A stretch of 64,000 nt of DNA from Octopus bimaculoides. Its lineage: Eukaryota. Below the pieces are notes generated by a model. That model was not told where the DNA came from, made no database searches, and worked only from the letters and a program-made list of their open reading frames with translations. Both the position numbers and the translations under genes were made by a program. Below, in pieces: positions 51,919 to 64,000 of the stretch. The DNA lies in assembly GCF_001194135.2 (NCBI RefSeq), contig NC_068982.1, positions 144,162,834 through 144,226,833 on the forward strand, read 5' to 3'. Numbering within the stretch: the first letter of the stretch is position 1; every line of letters begins with the position of its first letter.

Positions 51919-53917
51919 CTAGGGATGCATTGATAAGAATAAAACAATAATCATTAATAATATTATTAACTTTAAAAAAAGATTTTCAGTTTATAAAACC
52001 ATACAAATTATCAACATTGTTTAAACAGGTTTAAGAACAAGATATTGGTAAGGAAATAAAGATTTCCCTGTTTAACCAAATACCAGCAGAGTAATGAATT
52101 TCAGATGATGAAGAACCAAAAGATATGAAGAGTATGGGAAAAACCATTGACAATAATACAAACTATGTGATAAAAAGTTTTTCTTAGCTACTTTAACTGA
52201 ATCATTAAAACCACATGACTTATAATACTTTAAAGATGTGAAATTCAATAGTAAAAGTCTTTACATCTTTATCTGCAAGTTTATGGCTGGTGTTTCATAT
52301 TTTTCCTCTATTCTAACCTGAATAATTTTCATGAATAGAGATAACTATTTAAAGAGACTGATAAATTTAAGCAGAGGAGTATATTTTCTATAAAAGCACA
52401 GTATAATGTCATGGGTGCTCTAGGATTTGATGTATCCAAAAAATGTAAAAGAAAAATTTAATAATATTATAGAAAAAATAAAAATGAATTCAATAATGAA
52501 GAAATCAAATTATTTTTAGTATCAAACAGATCTGTTAGGCTCAGTTTGTAAGAAGCGCAATATTGGTTATAAAAAAACCTATTTGTGCCGATGTTCAGTT
52601 CTGATACTTTGATTTTTTTTTTCTGTACATGCTGAGGTTTGGCAGTCTAAAAATTATAATTCTGCACAAGTCTAAGAGGAACTAACAATCAGACCAACAC
52701 AGTTAATGTGAACTATTAACTCCATTTACACATGAGAATTAAAATAGGTCAAAAATTAAATAAACAAAGTTTTAAAATTAGACATAGAGCAAGGTGGAGG
52801 TACACAGAAACTCAGTTCTGGTACTTCCTAACATGTGGCACTTCCAGATGCCAGCCGGTGTTTATGATTCCTTGAGTTGACTCATATTTCATTACTAATG
52901 AAATTGATACACCACAGCTGTGTTACATTATTACAAGGAAGAAATGAAGACAGTGGGAACTCTGTAAGCTAGAGTGAAAAGATCCAGTCTCAGAGGGATT
53001 TTTAGTTTGAACAGACAACTTCTCTAAATGTTGGTGCTATGATAAAATGCATCCAGTGTAAAGCAATGTTTCCCAACTGTGGTTTTCCAAAGCCTTATGA
53101 TTCTACAAAAAACAGTAGAGTAGGCAAAAGTATTTTTGCGTCATTTTTGTGTGTAATGACTAGACATGCACATTATATTTGAAATACTAACATCTGCAGG
53201 TAGTAAAAAGACCTCACAGGAAAAATGATTTTTTTTTTATAGTGAATCACAAGGAATTTGGTGAAAGAAGATCTTGGTTAAAAAGAAATTTCTCAAACTT
53301 TTGTGATGTCTGACAAATTTATCACTACCAAACCTTTTAAAGACAGCTTCATGATTTATTTAATAAAGATATATAATAATTTACATATAGGGGTTGTAGA
53401 TGTGTGTGTGTGTACTTTTGTCATGACATCACATGATGGTTGCAAATGGGCCCAATCTTTTGTGAAACACATATCTGGCCACTGGAGATAGGCAGGATAT
53501 TTAAATGTAAAAACCATGCCAAGATGTGACATAACAACAAAGATTGGCAAGTTTCTTTGTTGTCGTGCGTGTTACCAGATGACCTAAAACTGATACACAG
53601 TGAGCTACTATGCTGGAAATAGACCCATCAAAAACCATGCCTACATCGAAAAATGGATGTCTAATGATGTTGAATGGTTTTAAGTTTCCATGTTGCTGTA
53701 ATGATATCAGTTATATTAAATCTTAATATTCAACAGAAATTGATCGAACAAAATGATATTGTTAGGTTTCAACTCGTGTCATACTTTGTAATATTAAAAA
53801 TATTAAAAGAACTAATGATTAAACTATGATTAAATTATGAATGAAATACAACAGACAGCAAACATTTGACCACTGTTTGTGTCAACAGTTAACTTCTGTT
53901 ACACTCTCGACACTTAC

Positions 53918-53999
53918 CTTGGTATACAGGACTAACTTTTAAAGTGGAATGACCAGCTTTCTTTCTCATTTCATTCAGCTTCTTCTCCATTTCTTTTAA
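53918..53999 (-). CDS. FRMD4: FRMD4 CUPID exon (LKEMEKKLNEMRKKAGHSTLKVSPVYQ), phase 0-1
   Basis: ttttcttccag| acceptor and AAG|gtaagt donor; coiled-coil pattern like FRMD4A LQEIENAINENRIKSG. Confidence 0.88.
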
Positions 54000-54129
54000 C
54001 TGGAAGAAAATTTTTTTAATGATTATAAAACAAATAATTAAAAACAAACACATAGAAATACATTACACTTCAGTTTCATATGTTTAGCAACTGACTTAAT
54101 TTGAGATAGTGTGCTGGGACATGATTAAA

Positions 54130-54565
54130 TTATTGTAGAATCAATGTAGACCTGTCAAGCCAAGTGAAATCATAGCTGTGGCTGATGCCAGTGTCGTGTA
54201 ACTGGAACCTGTGCCAGTGGCACTTAAAAAGCACCCTTCAAACATTGGGCCTCATGAAGGTAGTGACAAGTGACTGAGAACTTTGGCAATATACTGTGCT
54301 TGAGAAGACCTGTCAAACCAAGTGAGATCAAAGTCATAACTGATTCTGGTGTTATGTAAATGATACCCATGCTGGTAGCACATAAAAAAAAGTACCTACA
54401 ACACTCTTGGAGTGGTTGGCGTTAGGAAGGGCATCCAACCATAGAAACCATGCCAAATCAGATTGGAACCTGGTGCAGCTCCCCTGCTTACCAGTTTTCA
54501 GGTAAACTGTCCAACCCATGCCAGAATTGAAAACAGACATTAAATGATGATGATGACAATGATGA
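54130..54565 (+). mobile_element. Older RTE 3' end with (GAT)n tail
   Basis: Shares ggagtggttggcgttaggaagggcatcc...aacccatgccag...attaaatgatgatg with the other copies. Confidence 0.8.
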
Positions 54566-55781
54566 TGAATGTAGGCCTTTGATGGCTAAATATATTATTC
54601 AGTATTATTTTGTAGGGCAGAAAAGTTACAGTATCGAACATCTGCATCTTGGTATTTATTCCAGTTCCTCACATTCTGAGGTAAAATCTTGCCAAGGTTA
54701 ACTCTGCCCTTTATCCTTCTGAGGTCAATGAAAACGTACCAGTCAAATAGTAGGTTTCACATACTTGACTATTCCTTCCTCCAAATTATCTGGCCTTACA
54801 CCTACGCCAGAAATTATTTCTGGAATGATTTAACACAACAACCCACTTTTAAATGGGGATAAATGTTATTTTTTTAATATTTATACTGCTTCTGTTGCTA
54901 TTGATTATAAATTGAGGAACTAAACTCTTTCATTGTATGGCCACTGGTACTACTTCCTTCAAAGTTTTTCATCATACATATGCAACAAAAGACTTTGAGG
55001 CCAGAAATTTTGGAATAGTTAAACAGTCAATTATATCAATATTATCTTCAGTACTTCAGTGACACTTATTGACCTTGGTGGGATTTGAAACCAGAACATA
55101 AAGAGCCAGAAGAAATATTGCATGGCATTTTGTCCAAATGCTTTAACAATTCTGCCAGCTTGCTACTTTTAATAATAATAGTTTCTGATTTTTAGGAATA
55201 AGGCTTGCAAATTTGAACTCAGAATGAAAGGAGCTGAAAAACACCAAAAGGTATTTTCTCCGATACTCTAACAATTCTACCAATTCATACCTAATGATAG
55301 TAATGGTTTCATCCCCATTCATATCGATATAATAATAATGGTTTCAAATATTGGTAGAAAGCCTGCTATTTTAGCAGGAGGGTGTAAGTCAAATTGACCA
55401 TAGTGCTCAAACAGTACTTACCTATTTACCCCAGAAGGATGAAAGGCAAAGTTGACCGTGGCAGGATTTGAACTGTGCCAAAGATCCTACTGGTTTGCCA
55501 CCTTAATGACAATTATTTCTATTCTAGGCACAAAGCCTGAAATTTTGTAGGGAGGCGATAGTTCATTACATTGACTCCAAAGTTCAACTGCTACTTATTT
55601 TATTGACGTGAAAGGATGAAAGACAAAGTAAACCTTAGTGACATTTGAAGAAATGCCATTAAGAAGAAATGCCTTATACAGTGCAAGGTAGCCATGTATC
55701 TCTTCTATGGCTAGACACTTACTCCAGTCCCTTTTTCACACCTAGAATAAGGCCACCTTCCTCTCTACTATGCTCTTATTC

Positions 55782-56185
55782 ATCATCATCATTTAATGCC
55801 CATTTTCCATGCTGTCATAGGTTGGACGAATTTGACAGGAGCTGCCCAGCCAGAGAGATACACCAGGCTCTATTGTCTGTTGTGGCATGGATGCTGTACC
55901 TTATGCTAACCACTTTACATAGTGTGCTGGGCGCTTTTTACATGGCACCAGCACCAGTGCTTTATATGTGGTACTGGCATGGGTACATTTTACAATGCAC
56001 TGGCATGGGTGCTTTTCGTGTGGCACCAGCATGGATGACACACTGATAAATGCTTGCCATTAAGAATAGAAACCATTCCAAAGCAGACATCTGAGCATGA
56101 AGCAGTCCTGACTCACAGGATCCTGTTGAACCACTCAACTCATGCCAGCAAGGAAGGTAAACATTAAATGATGATGATGATGATA
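55782..56185. mobile_element. Two oppositely oriented RTE tails (- at about 55782-56040, + at about 56050-56185)
   Basis: (CAT)n at the left end and (GAT)n at the right end; the left copy contains a ~26-nt subrepeat array. Confidence 0.65.
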
Positions 56186-56233
56186 ATACACACACATACA
56201 AACACACAAATAAAATGGTATGTTTTATCTCAC

Positions 56234-56380
56234 CTTAGTTTCAGCCTTCTGGTAGGATTGTTTTCTTTGCTTTCGCACCTGTTTGCTGACTGATGGATCG
56301 TGTGCCAGCTTATTAGCTGCACTGGTGATCTTACTTTGCAGCTCATATTCAAGTTCAAGACATGACAACTCATTCTCCAT
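56234..56380 (-). CDS. FRMD4: FRMD4 CUPID exon (MENELSCLELEYELQSKITSAANKLAHDPSVSKQVRKQRKQSYQKAETK), phase 0-0
   Basis: Resembles FRMD4A [36 protein letters not shown]; ttacttgcag| acceptor and AAG|gtgaga donor. Confidence 0.93.
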
Positions 56381-56454
56381 CTGCAAGTAAAAAAGAACTA
56401 TTGAGGATCATAGAGTTTACTCAATTTCTTTTAATCTTTCACTATATATGTCTT

Positions 56455-56458
<4 letters not shown>

Positions 56459-56513
<55 letters not shown>
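56459..56513. repeat. (AT)n microsatellite, about 27 units, about 80 nt upstream of a FRMD4 acceptor
   Basis: Visible directly in the sequence. Confidence 0.95.
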
Positions 56514-56525
<12 letters not shown>

Positions 56526-57640
56526 CATACACACAAACAAATACATATGCATACACAAATATACAGACAGAGCAGCCCAACAGTCTGGATCCACAGAAAG
56601 AGAACTTAAATGAAGTCCTTTATTCCATTAAATACATGAGCTTTGAATTTTCTAAATTTATCTGTACTGATGTTAGCACAAATGAATGTGCCTCCTTTAA
56701 TGTATTGATAGTTCTGGGTAAATTCATGTGAACTACTGACTTCAGATGTTTAAGCTGACCATTCAACTGGACACTGTCTCCAGATCTGCCTGATGGTGAA
56801 AGTTTTACCTACCTAAATAATTTGCCCCACTAATAGCAAAAATCTGGTGGAGTACTAATTTGCTGAAGTTATATTTTATGTTGCTCTGATAAAAAAATAT
56901 TGTCTTTGTGAACAACGCAGGATTGTAAAGTACAGATATATGCTCTTCCTATTACATTACAGTAAACAAATATAGACATTAATCTTTCACTAAATATCCC
57001 TGTCCAAACCATAACATAACTAACATCAAATTTCCTATGGATTCAAATGTTCTGCTTTGTGCACATGCATGTGTGTATGTATGTAAGTATGTGTACACAT
57101 TTACATCTAACATATAAAAAGCAGAATGTGAGCAAAATAGTACAAGTGGGCATTGATAAAAAATAATAAATTCTATCTGAAGAGAGGTTACACTTCTTTA
57201 GTCAAAAGAAGTTTCAATCTTTTGCAGATGTTGCACCTCATCAAACAAGAGCTATCAACCATATATAGAGCACTGCAATCTCTTAATGAGAAATTCACTA
57301 ATCACACTTGGTACCATCTCTATGTCTATCTACATATTCACACAGACAGATGTGTATGTATGCAATCATGGATTCTAGTTTAATTTGGTTTAATACCAAC
57401 TATTCAAGAGCACAGCCAAATATGATTGCTAGTGTGAAATCTTCTCAATGCAGGTAAACTAGTGCATAGACAGTATGATTTCTAAGATGCCTTTTGCATG
57501 GCACACACTACAAAGCTGTATTTAATCACCTTCACTTTAGCATATTCAAGGCCCAGGTAACAGGACTATAAGCCTTCACTTCTTTCACTACACATACATC
57601 TTTTAAACAGTACTTTTGTGCTGATATACAAATCTAATAA

Positions 57641-57712
57641 GAACTTCGTGGGGTTTGAACCTACATCGTCATTGCTTATATCTCAGTGTAATTACTGCTT
57701 TGCTATAAGCCC
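57641..57712 (-). pseudogene. 72-nt tRNA-like relic without an obvious SINE body
   Basis: T8-A9-G10, D stem 3/4, T54T55C56 loop, T stem 4/5 and acceptor stem with wobble pairs all fall at canonical positions; the anticodon stem is broken. Confidence 0.45.
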
Positions 57713-58180
57713 TTTGATTATAGCTACTTGTGCACATCTACACACCTATAATTATTGCAAACACTAAGCATGTACATTAAAAAACAAAAATTCCTTAATG
57801 TCTCACTCAGAATAGAAAGAGCAGTGCCCAAATGATAGGTAGAAGATTGCAAGACTCTTATTCAAGAATATCTGACAAGCTTCTGTATAGTTTCCATCTG
57901 TCCAATTTCACTGACAAAGCTTGGTTCAACCCAAGGCTATAGCAGTAACTTTCCCAAGGTGCGATGCAATAGAATTGAACTTGGAAGGATATGATTCTGA
58001 AAAGGACTTTTTAACCACAACAACTGACTAGTTCACTTGGATCACTTTAAAGGAGTCCAAATGTAATATCCTTATGACTCATAGTATGAACAATTAACAG
58101 GTAAACTGAGATTTAACAATAATTTCATGTTTGGCTCTGTTGAATAGGATGGTGTGGAGGTCAGATATACGAAGCCAATG

Positions 58181-58424
58181 TCATCATCATCGTTTAACGT
58201 CCGCTTTCCATGCTAGCATGGGTTGGACGATTTGACTGAGGAATGGTGGACCAGGAGGCGACACCAGGCTCCAATCTGATCTGGCAGAGTTTCTACAGCT
58301 GGATGCCCTTCCTAACGCCAACCACTCCGAGAGTGTAGTGGGTGCTTTTACGTGCCATCGGCACAAGGGCCAATCAGGCGGGTACTGGCGACAGCCACGC
58401 TCGAAATGGTGTATTTTACGTGCC
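58181..58424 (-). mobile_element. Young RTE 3'-end insertion with 10-bp target-site duplication
   Basis: About 94% identical by eye, over about 175 nt, to the reverse complement of the tail at 46420-46600. AAGCCAATGT is duplicated at 58172-58181 and 58426-58435. Confidence 0.9.
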
Positions 58425-59889
58425 AAAGCCAATGTGACAATAATAAGAATTTGAAACAGTCAAATCCACAGCTCATTTGTTAAAAACTAATTACTCACTG
58501 TTATTATTACGGATTAGTCATAGACTATTTAAAAAATAGCAGATCTCATGTTAATTCTTTTATAAACATCTACATTTTATGTCTATGAAATCTGTTAGAA
58601 GTTTTTTTTATGATATGGCAATAGCCAGGCCAAGGTATCTGCAAAGGTGACATGGGTTGGATTCCCACTATTTTCATGTTGACTATGTATGTAAAAGGAA
58701 ACAACAGATTAAAACAAACACATATTTAAAAATCTGTCCGACAGCTGCTGAGAACTTGGGTATACTTGCAACAGTTTTATTCTACTATAAAATGATATTT
58801 TAAACATTTACATATAGCTTGGTATTACTATTAATAATAATCCTTTCTACTATAGGCACAAGGTCTGATATTTGGGGGAGGAGGATAGTTGATTTCATCG
58901 ACCCCAAAAGGATGAAAAGCAAAGTGGACCTTGGCGGAATTTAATAATAATAATAATAATAATTTCCAGTACTACTTATCATGGTCTGTTGATCCCAGTA
59001 CTTAGCTGGTCTTTATTTTGTCAACATAAGAAGGATCAAAAGGTAAAGTTCACCATAGTGGGAATTGGGCTAAAAGTATAAAGGGCTTAAGCAATAAAGA
59101 TGGGAGTAAAACTGCATCCTGGTTTGATCAAGAGCCTTTGAAAACTGGAGGGATGGAGAGAGAGAGGTAGAGTGCAGAAAAATTAGGAAAATAGAATGTT
59201 TTGGTGTGGAACTAAATATCCACACACCCTTATAACATCAATGTCACTGGGCACTGCGAGAAGAAAAATAGTATTAGAAGGTACCAAAATCACTATGATC
59301 TTCAACTGAAGAATAATCCAGCAGTTTAAACTATATACAGATTATTACAGTAAATAAATTAATCCTTCACTAGTATAATAAGAACTACCTAATCATTTAC
59401 AGTATGTGGTTGAGTATTCTCAGCATTAGTGCTCAGGCAAAATGAACATGATCCAGTGAATGACAAAGCTGTATGACAGGTACAATTCATCCAACATATC
59501 TCCATACAGTTCCCATCCAATTCCACTCACATGGCTAAGGACTGAGCTGGAGCCATGTGATTATGAAGTGAATGTCTTAACCTGCATCACACAACATGAC
59601 TAAATTTTAAGTGAAGTACAAAATTGTTAATATTCTCCAAGATAAAATATAGACTAGTCAGACACAGTATAACAAAAATTAAATATTTCAGTGACAACAC
59701 AGGTGACTTTTTTTCTTTCTTTTCCTTGCGAAAAACTTGTGCTTTATGCATTTTTATCTAATGGTTTTTTCCTTATTTTAAAATCCATTACGCTCCTCTG
59801 ATTAAGTGCTTAGCTATGTTATCCATCAAACTCATGTCAATTTTAGTTACCCTTCATTAAAGAATAACAGACTGACATTCATAACTTAC

Positions 59890-60015
59890 ATTATCACCAT
59901 CTTTTGGTACAAGTTTTGAGGAGAGACTAAAGGCTGTCCGAACTCGCCGCCGGATCGTAGGAGGCTGTTCACCAGGTGCCATCGGTGTGTCTTTTGGAAG
60001 ATGACCAATAAGTTC
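59890..60015 (-). CDS. FRMD4: FRMD4 CUPID exon (ELIGHLPKDTPMAPGEQPPTIRRRVRTAFSLSSKLVPKDGDN), phase 0-0
   Basis: Resembles the CUPID signature ELTGKLP.EYPL.PGE.PP.VRRRIGTAF; aattgtag| acceptor and AAT|gtaagt donor. Confidence 0.95.
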
Positions 60016-60476
60016 CTACAATTATAACAAACATTTTATAAATATTTCTGAAATTCATTTACATCATCATTGAAATCACGAAATAAATATATGAAACTGT
60101 AGAAATTGAATTACTTTTATGACAAATATTTTTTATATGGGTTAACATGATTATGTGGGAAGTAAAGTATTAATAAAATCAACTACACAAAAAGCATAAA
60201 TACAAATTTTCTTCTGCCATAAAATCCACAACTTGTTTGAAATGATAAATTTCATTCCTTAATCTAAACAGAAGGAAAAAATAATTTAGAAAGGAAGACT
60301 TCAATATGTTGTTTCTGTGAAATATGGCAGCTAATAAAACGATTTTTCAAATTAACATTTAGGAGAATGTATAACAATATAAAACTAATACAATTCTTTA
60401 AGTGATGCCAATTTTTGTCCAAGAAGAAATGGTAACATCACGAAAGAGATATTGAATATGAAAAATATTAAATTAC

Positions 60477-60601
60477 CCCCTCTTGAATACATAGCTGCTT
60501 AAACTCTTCATTTTTCTTTTTAAGTGTTTCAATGAGAGCATCTCGTCGATCCTTTAAGGCTTGGTACATTTCCTTCTTCACCTTTACAGGATCAATATTA
60601 A
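60477..60601 (-). CDS. FRMD4: FRMD4 exon (NIDPVKVKKEMYQALKDRRDALIETLKKKNEEFKQLCIQEG), phase 1-0
   Basis: Resembles FRMD4A KKDMLAALKSRQEALEETLRQRLEELKKLCLREA; tatttccag| acceptor and GGG|gtaatt donor. Confidence 0.93.
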
Positions 60602-62799
60602 CTGGAAATATATAAGAAAAAAAATCCATTCAATAATAAAAATAATAGGAGAGTATTGTAGTTTGCTTGAAGCATTGTGTATTGTTTGTAAAGAATAAAA
60701 ATAATATATCATCATGAGATAAGTTGGATGAGACTAACTGAAGGAGTATCCCTCGGACAGACACCCTTCATATTACCAACCCTTATCTATTTTTCAAGTG
60801 AGGTATTTATTTTCCACTGGTCTTCACAAGTCGAAACTGCCAAACTACAAGTGGTATGGTTAACAGAAGTAGACTTAAAATCAACTTTTGTTGAATGGTA
60901 ACAAAAGTTCATAGAAATACACACACACACAAACTTACATTTTGTTACATGACATACGACTAATAGAAATCTCTAATGAAATGAGAAAATAATTATAACC
61001 ATCTTATACTGAATGACAAAACAGCAAAATTAATATTATGCGAAATGTCAATATCATTGCATTCCACCAAAATATAAAATAGATAATTAGTACTGCACAG
61101 AGTAAAAAATCTTTACACAAGAATTTCACTGTTAGAAAAGACAGGGCCCTCCAGAACAGTTTACCTGCAAAAGCTGTTAAGTTTTTTTTATTTTTTAAGC
61201 ATACATAAAGTTTATGCTGGTGTCTCTTTGACTGTCCATTATAATTCTTGAAGAAAAGGTTTTTAATGATGTCTGTAGATAAATATAGACTTTCCAACAG
61301 AATTTCATTTCTCTTTTCAGTAGATTATTTCAATATTAGGAATAGTTCTATTTTGTTTACTATTAATGTTTCATTTACTTAATGTCTGTTTATGTAGACA
61401 TGTTAAAAAGGTAACAAGATAAAAGAAAAAAAGGTAAAACAAATACAAGTCACAGGTAAAAAAAAAAAAAATAACAATACTCCATCTAAAAAAAGGAAGA
61501 AAAAAAAAACGAAGACAAACCTTACACTCGTGGGCTCAGATCAGCTAATCACTGTACATTATTTTCATTATGTTATTTGTAGCTAGACAAAATAATTCTT
61601 GTCCCTTTCAGATCACATTTCAACTATTACAACTGCTGACAGTAGCAGTGCAAGCAAGCGGAAAACTATTGGTAATGTAACTCATAAAAACACAAAGGTT
61701 TATGGTTTTCAACTTACAGACAACTGAAATAAGCTGATGTTACCAACTAAATTGAGTATGTTTTGGAGATTTTAATTTTTTACTCAGGACATAAATGGAA
61801 CATTTCCTCAATTTTTTGAGTGTCAAAGTTAGTGTTACGGAGTACGTTCTTAAGGAGGTAACACGTAACTGGCACGTCAAGCTGCTGTAACAATCCTGGA
61901 TTACAAACTTGACTGGTTGATTAATTGAAAAAGTCACTTGAAATTGTTTCCTTCCGGATATGATGCAAATCATTGATGTATATGAATTAGAATGATTTTA
62001 CACAGACATAAGAGAAACAGTTGAATGAGGAGCGGTTAAAAATAGACTGTACAATCAACTGGTACATTTTTCATAACTTAAAATGACTTTATCATCATCA
62101 TTATTGCGACTATTATTCTTAATATTAGCAATGATAATCAATGATAATAGCTTTAGAGGAAACTGAACTTGTAATACGAAGAGCCAGGAGAAGACCGTCT
62201 TAAAATTCAAAATTTGGCCAAGAATTCATTTTTGTCTCAGACACGAATAAGAACCAGTTTCATTGGTTGAAATAGTTTATTCCCCATACATGTTCGTTAG
62301 TAAAATAGTTCCAACTGAAGAAATTTGGTACCAAGCTGACAGAATCATTAGCAAGCTGGGCAAAATGCTTTGCGGTATTTCACCTGTTGCTACATTCTGA
62401 GTTCAAATTCTGCCCAGATCAACTTTGCTTTCATCTTTTTAGGTTTGATAAAATAAGCACCAAGTTGATCATGGGGGTCAATGTAATTAACTAGCCCCTT
62501 CCCTTGAACTTGTGGGTCTTGTGCCAAAATTTGAAATCATCATAATCATTATTATTATTAATGGTAGTAGACTGGTAGAATCATTAAAGTGTTGGACAAA
62601 ATGACTTGCAACATTGTTCTTTACATTATGAACTGAAATATCGCCAAAGTCAACAGAGTACCAGTTAAATATTGGAGTCAATTGTTTCAACTAATCCCCT
62701 CCCATCAAAATCGTTAACCTTGTACCTAAATCAGAAACCAAGATGGTGAGCTGGCAGAATTGGCAGTGTTGGAATAAATGTTTTGTGGTCAAATTCAGT

Positions 62800-63157
62800 A
62801 TGTGACACTCTAATTGTATACATAAGACAACACAACATAGTCATATGCAATATATATTATCCACCGGATGCTTCAAACCACATAGGCAAGTTTGAAGACT
62901 GCCTCACAAGAATTAAAGAAATCCTCATGAAACTGGAACACCACGTGAGCGTATTTCTTATGGGTGATTTCAACTTCCCCAACATCAAATGGCCTGAAGG
63001 TTTTATGCTCTCAGGAATGACTCATTGCAAACAAACACAGGTGGAGTCCCTGTTCAACCTCACCAATGCCCTATTCATGGAGCAAGTTGTACTCAGACCA
63101 AATAGGGTGAATAACATTTTGGATCTCTGCTTCACAAACAATATGAACACAAGCTGA
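62800..63157 (+). mobile_element. CR1-group LINE apurinic-endonuclease fragment
   Basis: ORF 62783-63157 contains IYYPPD, MGDFNFPNIKW and NNILDLCFTN, the exonuclease-endonuclease-phosphatase motifs of CR1-group LINEs. Confidence 0.85.
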
Positions 63158-63594
63158 AGAAACCATGCCAAAACAGACAAAGCAACCTGGTGCAGCCCGT
63201 CAAACCGTCCAACCCATGCCAGCATGGAAAACGAACATTAAATGATGATTTTTGTTACCCTTGCAGCATATTAAGAAGTAATGATAATAATAATTATTAT
63301 TACTGGTGGAGGTGGTAGTGGAATTGACATATGGCACAAACAGCTGAGTCTTGTAGCATATGGTTATGGTTTTTGTGTTTTGAGTTCAAATCCCATTGAG
63401 GCCAACTGTACCTTTTAATCCGCTAAGGATGATTAAATACCAGTGATATATTGAGAATAAATTTGTGGGTTTGTGCCAAAGTTAGAAATCAGTGTCACTA
63501 AGTTTGTGTTTTTTTTTACATCTTTTTTTCGTTGTTTGTGTTAGAAGTTGTCTATAATTGGAAAAAGCTATTATCTTAAAAGTTCAGTTTTCAT

Positions 63595-63830
63595 TATATC
63601 TTAATATATAAATCTGAAATTGTGTGTTTGTGTGAAGCCTTTTTGAATGTTTATAGAAATCCACATTTTCCACTTTTTCGTAAAAATTTTTACATCAATG
63701 GAATTTTCTCGATCTGAACTTTCCAGTGCAGTAATTAGATTTTTTGAGATTTGGCTGTTGTTTCTAGCAACTTTTATATTTCATCCCTGCTACCTGGAAC
63801 GCCATTCTTACGCGCTCAACATAAAAATAT
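63595..63830 (+). mobile_element. Possible non-autonomous Helitron 5' end
   Basis: atcttaatatataaatctgaaattgtgtgtttgtgtg resembles the TC...ATATAAA...GTGTGT starts of invertebrate Helitrons; no 3' hairpin or CTRR end identified. Confidence 0.25.
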
Positions 63831-64000
63831 AGAGAGTAAAAGTAAAAGAGGGAGAGGGAGAGAGAGAGAGAAAGTGATACATACAACGTCATAGATTAAA
63901 CTTTCATCTCAGTATTCTTTACCTATTTTTCATAACATAGATACATAAAAACACACATAACCACACATACATGACCTGTGACAACAACATACACATTGCT

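Noticed and set aside
61004-61297. 97-aa minus ORF and exon-like 61207-61272
   Set aside because: No frame ends in the phase 1 needed to join 60601, and there is no FRMD4 similarity.

Overview
AT-rich animal genomic DNA. The repeat set (tRNA-derived SINEs, RTE tails ending in (GAT)n, TA microsatellites) suggests an octopus or another coleoid cephalopod; this is inference, not a database result. Two convergent spliced genes were assembled by hand, with every junction checked for GT-AG and reading phase. (1) The 3' half of ATE1 (arginyl-tRNA-protein transferase) on +: six exons at 598-9376, 279 codons including the stop. (2) The 3' part of a FRMD4-family gene on -: nine exons from 60601 down to 13649, 769 codons including the stop. 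These encode the CUPID coiled coil, a 1455-nt low-complexity exon and a C-terminal ...EEMLAWYEDQ...PTLV*. The FERM exons were not found and probably lie beyond the window. Introns hold a decayed Tc1/mariner element, young and old RTE pieces, CR1/L2-like and R4/Dong-like LINE relics, many SINEs and two N gaps. The most notable signal is a tRNA-headed SINE whose tail contains a Penelope-type minimal hammerhead-ribozyme motif, present as a head-to-head inverted pair (21694-22115) in the last FRMD4 intron. Other leads are an inverted young RTE pair bracketing an in-frame 348-nt exon module, candidate alternative FRMD4 C-termini, and antisense exon-like units. No prokaryotic features or CRISPR array. 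Repeat boundaries are approximate; exon boundaries are exact to my counting.
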